DNA of 64,000 bases from Lama guanicoe (Eukaryota). How positions within the stretch are numbered: position 1 is the stretch's first letter; each line of letters opens with the position of its first letter. Below the pieces are notes generated by a model that ran no database searches, was not told where the DNA came from, and saw only the letters and a program-made list of their open reading frames with translations. Both the position numbers and the translations under genes were made by a program. The stretch covers positions 1,603,509 through 1,667,508 of the forward strand of contig MU054220.1 of NCBI GenBank assembly GCA_013239625.1, given 5' to 3'. This document shows positions 1-9,889 of the stretch, piece after piece.

Positions 1-145
1 ATTTTAGGTTAATTTCTCACACATACATATACATACATGGTTGTAGTCTAACAAAGGGTTTCACATTTTAAAAGCCACTGGTTCTAAATTTCCCTTCTGG
101 ATCATTATCTTGCCATTGACCATGCCTTTCCTCTGGCTCTTGCAG

Positions 146-252
146 ATGGAGTTCCATGTTCCCAGAACCCAACAGAGGCGATAGAAGCCTGGATCAATTT
201 TAACAAAGAAGAAAGAGAGGCTTTTTCAGAGTCACTCAGAAGTAGCTTGAAG
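146..252 (+). CDS. KBTBD4: KBTBD4 penultimate coding exon
   Basis: ttgcag acceptor ends at 145 and AAG|gtaagg donor starts at 253. Translates (D)GVPCSQNPTEAIEAWINFNKEEREAFSESLRSSLK, which I recognise as KBTBD4. Joins the next exon in phase 0. Confidence 0.95.
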
Positions 253-709
253 GTAAGGCAGATTTCTTTAGGGTTGGGACACTATAATATCCATGCATTC
301 CAGCCATCTATTGGCCTGGCCTCTTTGATGGTTAGTGAGTAAGTCTTTGGATTAAGTTGATAAGAGCTGGGGAGGAGGATGTGTAGTTGAGTCCAGAAGC
401 ACCAGCCTCTGGGCTCCAAAACTCCCTGAGAAAATTACTTTCATCATTGCTTTAACAATCCGAAGTACCCGCTCATGATAGTTTTAAAAAAGCTGGAAGG
501 ATGAATGTAACAGATTCTCTGTCCCAGCATAAGGTGCCTGAAAATGATTGGAGTGATTGGAGGAGAGTCAGGATGACATTCAGTTACTAGAGGGGAGTAG
601 GTTAGAGCAAAATACAAGTGTGTGGTCCAGGACCTTAAGGATATGCGTCTCAGCTGAGCCTTAGCCTAGAACTGATAGATACCATTTATAACTTTAATTT
701 CACCAATAG

Positions 710-1570
710 GAAATTGGGGAGAATGTACACATTTACCTGATCGGGAAAGAGTCATCTCGTACCCACTCGTTGGCTGTGTCCTTACATTGTGCAGAAGATG
801 ACTCCATCAGTGTAAGTGGCCAAAACAGCTTGTGCCACCAGATCACTGCAGCCTGCAAGCATGGCGGAGACTTGTACGTGGTGGGAGGGTCCATCCCAAG
901 GCGCATGTGGAAGTGCAACAATGCCACCGTGGACTGGGAGTGGTGTGCGCCTTTGCCCCGAGACCGGCTCCAGCATACCCTGGTGTCTGTGCCCGGGAAG
1001 GATGCCATATATTCATTAGGTGGCAAGACACTGCAGGATACCCTCTCCAATGCAGTTATCTATTATCGGGTGGGTGATAACGTTTGGACTGAGACAACCC
1101 AGCTAGAGGTGGCTGTGTCCGGGGCCGCTGGTGCCAACCTCAATGGGATCATCTACCTACTTGGGGGGGAGGAGAATGACCTGGACTTCTTTACCAAACC
1201 ATCCCGACTCATCCAGTGCTTTGACACAGAGACAGACAAGTGTCATGTGAAACCCTACGTGCTGCCCTTCGCTGGCCGCATGCACGCAGCTGTGCATAAG
1301 GATCTGGTGTTCATCGTGGCTGAAGGGGACTCCCTGGTGTGCTACAATCCCCTGCTAGACAGCTTTACCCGGCTTTGCCTTCCTGAGGCCTGGAGCTCTG
1401 CCCCATCCCTCTGGAAGATCGCCAGCTGTAATGGGAGCATCTATGTTTTTCGAGACCGATATAAAAAGGGGGATGCCAACACCTACAAGCTTGACCCTGC
1501 CACTTCAGCTGTGACTGTCACCAGAGGCATTAAGGTGCTGCTTACCAATTTGCAGTTTGTGTTGGCCTAG
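710..1570 (+). CDS. KBTBD4: KBTBD4 last coding exon (kelch repeats, C-terminus)
   Basis: aatag|GAA acceptor. Frame EIGENVHIYLIGKESSRTHSLAVSLHC...YVVGGSIPRRMWKC...LTNLQFVLA* extends ORF 770..1570 and shows kelch GG motifs. TAG at 1568-1570. Confidence 0.97.
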   Translation, partial: EIGENVHIYLIGKESSRTHSLAVSLHCAEDDSISVSGQNSLCHQITAACKHGGDLYVVGGSIPRRMWKCNNATVDWEWCAPLPRDRLQHTLVSVPGKDAIYSLGGKTLQDTLSNAVIYYRVGDNVWTETTQLEVAVSGAAGANLNGIIYLLGGEENDLDFFTKPSRLIQCFDTETDKCHVKPYVLPFAGRMHAAVHKDLVFIVAEGDSLVCYNPLLDSFTRLCLPEAWSSAPSLWKIASCNGSIYVFRDRYKKGDANTYKLDPATSAVTVTRGIKVLLTNLQFVLA

Positions 1571-2151
1571 GGCTGTGAGAAGAGCAGCTGACTTTGATGC
1601 TCCCTTTTTCCAGCACCTACCCATCCAAACTCGAAGTCCCCAGGGTCCAGATTTGGGTACTATGTTATTTTTTGGCACATGTTAGAAAGGCAGCCCCTCA
1701 GCCCTTCCCTGAGCCCATAAGAGTGTTCCGTTAGGGGCTTTTTAGACTGCTGCTGCTCTGCTGGCTGCTTGAACTGAGAGTAGGCCAGCCCATTCTCTGC
1801 CATCCGCTTGTAACCCTGTGCCTCACTACAGACTGCTTAGAGCAAGCCTCTTCTCCAGCCCTGGGCACAGCCTCATCTCTTTACCGGATCACTGTTAAGT
1901 AGAAGCACTCCTGATCCCAGGACAGAAGGAAAAATGCCCAATCTACCTTCTTTTTCTTTTTCCTGCAGCCTGCAAAGTGGCTAGTTGGTAATTTTTCCAC
2001 AAAGAATTAGGTGTTAGAATTCTCCTTCAGGCTTTGGTTGGGAGAATGGACTAAGCTGAAGGTGTCCTTCACCAGCAAGAGGCAACCATAGAATTCAGGA
2101 TGTACCATCTATTTCTTTCTCATCAATGTGCCAGGAAATATATACTTTGGT

Positions 2152-2157
2152 TTTATT
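2152..2157 (-). terminator. PTPMT1: Candidate PTPMT1 polyadenylation signal
   Basis: TTTATT on + (AATAAA on -). It is the first canonical hexamer I found downstream of the PTPMT1 stop. Confidence 0.5.
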
Positions 2158-2300
2158 TTTTGGCTTATTCCAAGGTGTAAGCCAGAAAGAAGTAGAAAAG
2201 ATTATTTCTGATTAATAGCAGAAACTTTTTTCAAACTCAAATAGGTCTCTACTCTTTTAAAAGCTCTAAGCTAAGTCAAGAGCTAGGAACTGTTCATACA

Positions 2301-2306
2301 AATAAA
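2301..2306 (+). terminator. KBTBD4: KBTBD4 polyadenylation signal
   Basis: AATAAA about 730 nt after the stop, followed by a GU/U-rich element (atgtgtgtctgttttg, ~2327-2342). Confidence 0.75.
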
Positions 2307-2861
2307 AGTTTTTGAAGGGATATGATATGTGTGTCTGTTTTGAATTCTGAAGGGGTCACTTCCTAAGGGAAACTAATTTCATACCCACACATTTCTCAGT
2401 CAGTCACAATACTGAATCCCATACTCCCTTTTCTACATACAGGATCGATGCTCCAAAAGTGAGGAGAGCCCCAGAGGGCCAATGAATCAGGATTCTGACA
2501 GTGGCAAAGAGCCAAAGCTGAGTATTTCTCTTCTTTTTTCCTAGTGTTAAATGTCTGAGTTATGGGGCTAAAAATCATTAGGCACAATATCAGGTGCACA
2601 ACAGATTTTTTTGACACTTGAAAATAAGAAGCCATCATCCCTGTCCCGTATCTCCATAACCTGTGAAAAGGAGTCATGCTAAATCTTTCTAGCCATTCAA
2701 TGGTGTTATTTCAGAAAAAAACAAGACAAAGAGGGCAAAATTAACCATTACTTAGCACATTTCTGTTACGTCCAGTCTGGGCTTAAGCCCCTTTGGTCCT
2801 GTTAAACATTTTCATTCTGCAGCAAGCAGGGTTGTCTTGAGTTCTTTCTAATGCATGTACT

Positions 2862-3020
2862 TCACGTCTGTGATGTATGACGAGTCTCATCTTTTGCTGC
2901 TCCTGCAGTAATCACCTTGTGGAACTCTTTGAGAACTTCTACCTGGCCGGGTCTGATGTAGATGTGTGACCGGATCCTGGTGAGGGCTCTTACAGCCTCG
3001 TCTGGAGTCCAACTATATGC
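2862..3020 (-). CDS. PTPMT1: PTPMT1 exon 4 (last coding exon)
   Basis: Minus-strand cttcag|GCA acceptor. Translates AYSWTPDEAVRALTRIRSHIYIRPGQVEVLKEFHKVITAGAAKDETRHTSQT*, with TGA at 2864-2862. The four exons sum to 58+27+64+52=201 aa. Confidence 0.93.
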   Translation of the reverse strand, partial: AYSWTPDEAVRALTRIRSHIYIRPGQVEVLKEFHKVITAGAAKDETRHTSQT

Positions 3021-4059
3021 CTGAAGTACAGGGTTGGGAATTCAGAAAGAAAAGAGGAGATGTTAGGGTGTCCTTAACCTAATAGCAAGTGCTAAAGGGC
3101 TCTCAGAATTTCATTTTTTTAAAAAATTCCATTTTGGGAGGAGTTAAAAGCCATGCCCCACATATTATAAATGGAAGAACACTTTAACCCCCTCAACCAG
3201 TCCCACAATTGTGTGCAATAGGCTGGGTGTCGGGGGACATAAGTCAGTCTTTCCACCTAATTGTTGCTCTGCCAAACCTTGGAAATACAAGGCTGAACAC
3301 GTGAAGCTGAGATCCTAAACTCAAGGGGGCGTAGGCCTACTGGATGTCCTCCCTGAGCTAGGCTGTTGGTTACAAGAGTTTCCTGGAAAGAGTGCAGCTT
3401 GTCACTGTGGCTAGAAAAACAGTATTTTTAAAATTTAACTAGGAGAGTTCTCTTTGTGTCCTCACGTTACTTATTGGTTTATAACTCAATAGAACCAACA
3501 AAATACAGATTTTTAGCCTGCTGGCTAAATTCTCACTTGGTCCAAAATATCTCCTGACACCCTGTTTCTAGCAAACAGCATCCTGATAACCAAAACTTTA
3601 GTATTGTTAAATCATATACTCACCAGTCCACAGTGACACAAGGCCAGACTGGTTATCTTTATATTTCCTTTTTCCTCAGACTATCTACCTGATTTAGTAA
3701 ATGTTCTGCAGGGGCCACACAGGTAACAAAAATGAGTCAAGCTGGGGGGGTGTAACAGGAATCGATGGGACTAGAGAGTACTGGCTTCTTAATGTCTTTA
3801 AAAGCATCCCACCTGCCGATTCTAACAAACTGATAGGCAAAATTTTGTTGGATCCTTTGTTTCTAGAAACTAATGTGCAGAACTTTACTCTGAAATACTT
3901 AAATGTGCATCCCATAGAGCTGTAAGTGATCAGCACTATCATCTACAGTTCTAGATTTCTGAATAAGATTTATAGCAAGTGTTTCCAGACTTTTGCTGAT
4001 ATTAACATCCTTCACAACACCATTTTTTGAGTCCCTACTCTAGGTCAGTGCTTGCCATA

Positions 4060-4185
4060 CTTTCTCATTCAAGCTTCATAACAGATTTAGTTTGAGGAAA
4101 CTGAGCCTCAGAGAGGGCAAGCCACTTTTGCCTAAGGTCACACAGCCGGCAGGTGGCAAAGCCAGAGGTCAGCCTGTCTGCAAAG
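4060..4185 (+). mobile_element. MIR SINE fragment
   Basis: MIR core: gaggaaactgagcctcagagagggcaagccacttttgcctaaggtcacacagc. Confidence 0.75.
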
Positions 4186-4318
4186 TTCAGATACTTTCCA
4201 CCTCCCAACAGCCTGAAATTGGGAACATGGTTCTTTCTAGCAAGGCCTGCCAATAGACTGCTCCTGAAGTTCTGGAAATCTGTTGTAAAAGGGACCAGTC
4301 CAGAAGGACCTTTCCTAC

Positions 4319-4510
4319 CTGAATCAGATATGCTGCCACCATAGTGGCACTTCTGGAACGCCCAGCTTTACAATGCACATAGACAGACTGGCCTAGCGAC
4401 TGGTACTTGAGAGCAAACTGGACTCCTTTCTGGAGGTTAGCCAAGGTTGGGACTCCAGTCATGTCCACTGTGCTGAGCCGCAGCTGCTCGACTCCTACTT
4501 TCTTCCACTC
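4319..4510 (-). CDS. PTPMT1: PTPMT1 exon 3 (phosphatase catalytic loop)
   Basis: ttccag|GAG acceptor and CAG|gtagg donor. Translates EWKKVGVEQLRLSTVDMTGVPT...VYVHCKAGRSRSATMVAAYLIQ with the CX5R motif. Confidence 0.97.
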
Positions 4511-5239
4511 CTGGAACCAAATCCACCAGCACAGAAAACAAAATGAAAAAAGCTTGGTGTGAGTAGCAGGAAGGTGGGCTCCCAAGAGGCAACAAAGCAA
4601 CAAGGATGCTTCACTGTTAACTACAGTGTGAATATACTGTTTACTGTTTTCTTAAAAAGAGATTTACAGAAATGTCTTTCAAATGGTTGACCTATATGGT
4701 TGGTCTTTCATCACACAACAGCAATGCTGCTGAGTTAGAATTGTCCAAGATTTAAAGTGTTCTTAAAGTACCATATGGGTATTTGAATCTTTAGCTGCAA
4801 AATATGAGCTGTATAAAATTCATCTGCAATAGTTGTATAACTTTTTGCATAATCTTGGTGCCTGTGCAGTGATCCAGCTGCAGTTTTGCTACTAAGTTTT
4901 GCAAGAGCTTTCTGTTTCTCTTGCCATAAGACTTCTTTTTACCACTTTTTTTTAAGAGAGTATGTGGTAGAACATAGCACGAATTCATTTTAAAATTAAA
5001 ATAACTGCACCTACTTTCATTATTGCAATATTATCACTTAGAAGGAAGAAAAGAATAAACAGGAGGAATAAGGCCTCTGGAAAACTGGGCAACTTTTTTT
5101 TTTTTTATTTGCCTCATAACTTCAGATAGGCTCTAACTACCCTTATTAATCTCTTTAGCAAACAACAGACTTAATGACTCTGAATGAAGATCAATATTTT
5201 TTACAGCTCATGAAATTAACAGAAAACAGCAATATTTGG

Positions 5240-5421
5240 CAGCAGGTGGCTTATGCATCAATTACATCAAAAACACCCGGAGAGCCTGCTAAATATTCAG
5301 ATTTCTGGGCCCCACTGTAGAGTTCTTGAGCCAGAATCTCTAGGGGTTGTACCTAGGAATCTGCTATTTCAACAAGACTGCCAGATAACTCTTAGGCACA
5401 TTAAAATGTGAGAACCACTGC
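5240..5421. mobile_element. MER5-like hAT-Charlie DNA transposon relic
   Basis: Typical MER5 motifs: cagatttctgggccccac...aggaatctgctatttcaacaag...tgagaaccactg. Confidence 0.7.
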
Positions 5422-6183
5422 CTTGGATACTTCTTTTCGCTAGGCTAGTGAGATAAGATAGCCACTTAGAAATGTCGTGCTTCCCACCCAGAGATAGACT
5501 ACTTTCTGTGACTCCTCTTGTTCCACAGGACTGACCACATTCAGGAACATTTACTGTTATGGCTAATAACTTCTGAGGTCTTGTGGCAAAGTACTGTGGG
5601 AAATCCAAGGAACTGTTATCCATTCTTTGAAAATGTATGCCATCACTGATCAATATATTTTAAATGTGAGTCACAAATATTTTTAAGGTTTCAAAAAAAA
5701 ATCTATGGGTTGAAATAACTGCATGTTCATTATGCTCTATCAGTAAACAAGAAAGATAGTTGCGTAGTGCTAATAGAAGTCAAAAACCATAAAGATAGGG
5801 CAACATCTAATAACCATTTTGAAGAGTTCCACAAACAAGCATTCACATTTAATGAAAATTAATTTTTAGGCCTGAGCTGTGTTTACGACAGGGCTTTGGA
5901 GTTCCACTATCATCTCTAACACATGAATAAAAATTCCCTCAACTCAAAGCCACATGAGTCCTATGCAGTTTTTCCCGCGGGTGATTTTATGATCAGTTTA
6001 CGGGGGATAAGGGGTAGCTTTTCTTTTTACAGTTTATAGCTGCCTTCATCTTGAGTACCTAACACAGCGTCTGATCCATACTTAGTGCTCAGTAAGTGTT
6101 GAATGAATGAAAGTAAGCCATAGAAAAGTTCTTTCAGTTCTGGTTACTGATTTGAGTTACCGAAATCAAGAATACATTTGTGC

Positions 6184-6266
6184 GAGAGGGTTATAGTTCA
6201 GTGGTAGAGTGCATGCTTAGCGTGCATGAGGTCCTGTTCAATCCCCAGTACCGCCATTAAAAAGTA
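6184..6266 (+). mobile_element. tRNA-derived SINE (vic-1-like, short form) with perfect 16-bp TSD
   Basis: Pol III A box (tagttcagtggtag) and B box (gttcaatcc). TSD AAGAATACATTTGTGC at 6168-6183 and 6267-6282. Confidence 0.9.
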
Positions 6267-6413
6267 AAGAATACATTTGTGCACAAAGGAGTAATCAGAT
6301 TTTGTCAGCTCTACTTTTAAATGTCTTTCACATCAGTTTCTATTTCAAAATTAGGTTTCTACCTCCAGCCAAACCCATTTAAGCTTAGAGGCCCAGATCC
6401 TCTTCCAGAAGAG

Positions 6414-6415
<2 letters not shown>

Positions 6416-6471
<56 letters not shown>
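6416..6471 (+). repeat. Poly(A)56 homopolymer
   Basis: Uninterrupted A run, read directly. Confidence 0.95.
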
Positions 6472-6472
<1 letters not shown>

Positions 6473-6602
6473 CCTGGGACACCTGTCTCTGGGGCAAGGT
6501 CACCTACAGCACTCCTCCCCCAACCTCCCCCAGGTTCAGGGTGGTGGGCGAGGCCGGCGGAGGCCTCTGCCCCAGCTCCTCCCAGGAACTCCGGCGCCTT
6601 AC

Positions 6603-6683
6603 CTTTGAGGAGTTGCACAGGAACCTCGTCTCGTACTCCTCGTTCATGGTAATCACCCCGCGCACGTTCTCGTCCTGTACCAG
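6603..6683 (-). CDS. PTPMT1: PTPMT1 exon 2
   Basis: cagcag|CTG acceptor and AAG|gtaagg donor. Translates [27 protein letters not shown] (81 nt). Confidence 0.95.
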
Positions 6684-6784
6684 CTGCTGAGGCAAAGAGG
6701 GGGCTCAGAGAGGGCCGCAGAGGCCCGGGCGGCGGTCGTCCGGCTCCCAGCCCCGGCGCGGCCCGGCCTCCCGTCCCGGCTCAC

Positions 6785-6958
6785 CCGGCGCGTCATGTTC
6801 CGCAGCGGCAGCGCGCCCAGCAGCACGGTCGAGTCGATGCGGTTGTACCAGTCGCGGTGCGCGCGGCCCGGCATCTTCCCGCGAAACACCGTGTACAGCA
6901 GCGTCGGGTAGAAGAGCACCCGGGCCAGGCCGGCCTCCAGCAACGTGCCGGCCGCCAT
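6785..6958 (-). CDS. PTPMT1: PTPMT1 exon 1 coding part (mitochondrial phosphatidylglycerophosphatase)
   Basis: gggATGG start. Translates [58 protein letters not shown], then CGG|gtgagc donor. Confidence 0.95.
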
Positions 6959-8058
6959 CCCGCCCCACCTGGCCCGGCGCAGCGGCGACCTGCCCACCCG
7001 CGGGCTCGCGGTGAGCGGCCGCGGAGAGGACAGAGAGGGCGACGAGGCCGAGGGCTGAGGGTAGTCGGCAGCCTCCCGTTGAGGCGACGCGGTCGGCGCG
7101 GGCCTCTCGGGCGCCGAGTCCTCGGGCCTGGCCCCCAGGGACACCTCGGGACTGCCTGGGCCCCCGGGGTCCGGCACCATGGGCCAGGGGGAGGGGCCGC
7201 CGGCCTCGGGGGAGGGACCACGGCTTACTGGGCGGGAAACTGGGACCCCGGCCAAGGGAGGGCGCGTCTGGGGCCCGAGGCTGTGAGTCTACCGCTAGTG
7301 AAACTGACCCCTGCCTGTGGCCGGTGACCCCCCTCCCAAGGGAGGGGGCTGTGAGTCCAGGTGAGGGTGGCTCTGACCCCTGCGTGTGGAACTGTGACCC
7401 TGGCCGAGGGAGGCAGGGCCCAATGGCCAGTGGGCCTGTAACCCCAAATCCCCTCCGGTGGGAGGGGACTGTGACCCCAGGAGAGGGTCACCCCCAGGTG
7501 AGGTGTGACCCCACCAATAGGGAAACAGGACCAGGAAGAGACTCGAGGCTTAGGGTAGAGCCTTAAACGGGAGAGTGGAAGGGACTTTGAGCTCTCAAGT
7601 AGAGGCGCTTGGTGGAGAGGGCTGGACCAACATTGGACCTGGGTTCATCTGACCTTTCCCAACCTACTCCCCATCTGCCTGAATTCATGGCTCCCTCCTC
7701 GTGACCTAACTGCAGTATATGTATATTATGAAAAAAATATATATATCTGTACTATTTATGAAAATATATCCATATTAAGAAAAATATTATGATTGATAGG
7801 CTTAAATATAAAACCCAGACCTACAAAGAGATAAATGGAATGGTGTAATGCTGATTATTTACATTTAAATAGCTATCTGAAACTTGCACCTAGTGCTTTT
7901 TAAAAAGGTCTCTCTTCTTATGAGTAATACATACTTGTAACAACTGGAAAATACAGGAAGTAGAATTTAATCACCCATAATCCTACCATTTCAAATACAT
8001 TTATTTTTTTCTTCTCCAATTTTCTTTTCTATGTGTACCATTAAGTTAAAGTTTTTTA

Positions 8059-8172
8059 GGGGGAAGGATATAGCTTAAGTGGTAGAGCCCATGCTTAGCA
8101 TATACAAGGTCCTGGGTTCAATCCCCAGTAGAATAAATAACTGAACCTAATTACCTCCCCTGCCAAAAAAAG
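8059..8172 (+). mobile_element. vic-1-like SINE (long-tail form)
   Basis: ggggaaggatatagcttaagtggtagag...cctgggttcaatccccagta, then tail acctaattacctcccc and an A-run. Confidence 0.88.
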
Positions 8173-8179
8173 AATGTTT

Positions 8180-8880
8180 TTATAATAGTTTCATTGAGAT
8201 ATAATTCACATACCATACAGTTCACCTATTTAAAATGTACAGTTCATTGTTTTCTAGGATATTTGCAGTTGTACAACCATCACCACAATCAGTTCTAGGA
8301 CATATTCATCATCCCCCAAAGAAACTCTATACCCATTAGTAGTCACTCCCTGTCTCCCCTCAACCCACCAGGCCTAGGAAACCATTAATTTACTTTCTGT
8401 TTCTATAGATTGGCCTATTCTGATCATTTCAAATAAATGGAATCATACTATATCCTTTCAGTCTGGCTTCTTTAAATTAGCATAATGTTTGCAAGGTTCA
8501 TCCATGTTATAGCATGTATCAGTACTCTTTCTTTTTATTACCAAATAATATTCCATAATATGGATAGACCACATTTTATTTCTCCATTTATCAATTGATA
8601 GACTTGGGTTATTTCCACATTTTGGCTATTTTGGATAATGTCTGTGTTAATATTCGTATACAAGTTTTTGTGTAGACATAATGTTTTCTATTTTAGGGGG
8701 AAGTAAGTTAGATTTATTTGTTTTTATTTTAACAGAAGTACTGGGGATTGAACCTAGGACCCCAAGCATGCTAAGCTCACGCTCTACCATTGAGCTATAT
8801 CCTCCTCCAACATATGTTTTCATTTCTCTTGGATATTTATCTAAGAGTGGAATTTTGGGTTCATATGATAGTACTGTGTG
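8180..8880 (-). mobile_element. Old L1 (L1M-type) 3' region, interrupted by a SINE
   Basis: Antisense L1MB-like 3'UTR: ttgagatataattcacataccatacagttcacc...gcaaggttcatccatgtt...ggatagaccacatttt. Confidence 0.8.
8690..8808 (-). mobile_element. vic-1-like SINE nested in L1
   Basis: Reverse A/B boxes (ggggattgaacc...ctctaccattgagctata). Imperfect TSD acata(a)tgttttc. Confidence 0.88.
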
Positions 8881-9889
8881 GTTTATGTGCACCACTTAAA
8901 AAAATTGTACTCATGTTAGTAAAATTTTGTATCACAATTTTTTTAAATGTGCCATAAGCACTTTCTGTATTATTATTATTATTGTCTTTATCATTTATAA
9001 TAAACCTAATTACTATGCCACAATGTGATTGTTGTATTATTAGACATTCAGGATATTTCCGAATTTTTATTAGAAAGTATTTCCATCATTAAAACTTTCT
9101 CTATATTTAGAATTCCTATATTAGGATAGGTTCCTAAAAGTGGAATTACTGTGTCAAAGGATATTTTACAATTTTTGCTTTATATGAGGTGTATAACCTG
9201 AAAAGTTCCATCCTAAACCCCAAGCCCACTCTTCAGAAATACAGATTTTTATAAACATTTTATAAAAATATTTTATAAATATTTTTTCAACATTTCACGA
9301 TGAACACTTTCATAATAAAATGAAAACCTGAAAACCTGAATAAATTGAACAGGGAAATCCCATGTAAATTCTACAATTAACATTTTATTGTTTGTTTTAT
9401 CATGTTCATCCTATTTTTTGATACATTTAAAAAATACGTTATTTTATAAAAATTGGCTATTCTCTATTTACTGTTCTATAACCTGCTTTTTCACTCAACA
9501 TTATTTATAAGTATTATACCATGTCAGTATAGGTAAATGTACAATTATTCTTTTCAAAGAGGAACAACACAGTATTCCAATATATGGATTTCTACTCAAT
9601 TAAAAATAATAAATGAGTGTCCTCTATACTCCAGACAATATGCTAGCACTTGGTGTATATCAGTGAACAGTATCAATGAAGATATCTGTCCTCTCTTGCC
9701 TTTTCTATATGAACTGTACTGTGGAGTAACCAAATTCCTCCAGCTTGTGTGGGAAAGTTCTTTACAGCAGACTTCCTGTTAATAAATGTGGAAGGAATAA
9801 TAAAATTAGAAACTCAGTATTTTGCATTTCAGCCAATACATATGGAAAGAATGACAGAATTAGAAACATAGCATTTTGGAATCCCTAGT

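Larger units (their letters stand above)
6540..7330. promoter_or_regulatory. PTPMT1: CpG island / PTPMT1 promoter
   Basis: Very GC- and CpG-rich stretch over exons 1-2 and upstream, with GC boxes. CCAAT motifs lie near 7420 and 7514. Confidence 0.85.

Noticed and set aside
884..910. KBTBD4 GGSIPRRMW loop, site of known medulloblastoma in-frame insertions
   Set aside because: The sequence matches the wild-type motif as I recall it, with no insertion.
6184..6260. tRNA-Ala-like gene (and similar copies elsewhere)
   Set aside because: A-rich tails, TSDs and degenerate stems show these are SINEs, not tRNA genes.
6321..6618. Poly-Lys and poly-Phe ORFs
   Set aside because: Artefacts of translating the A56 tract.
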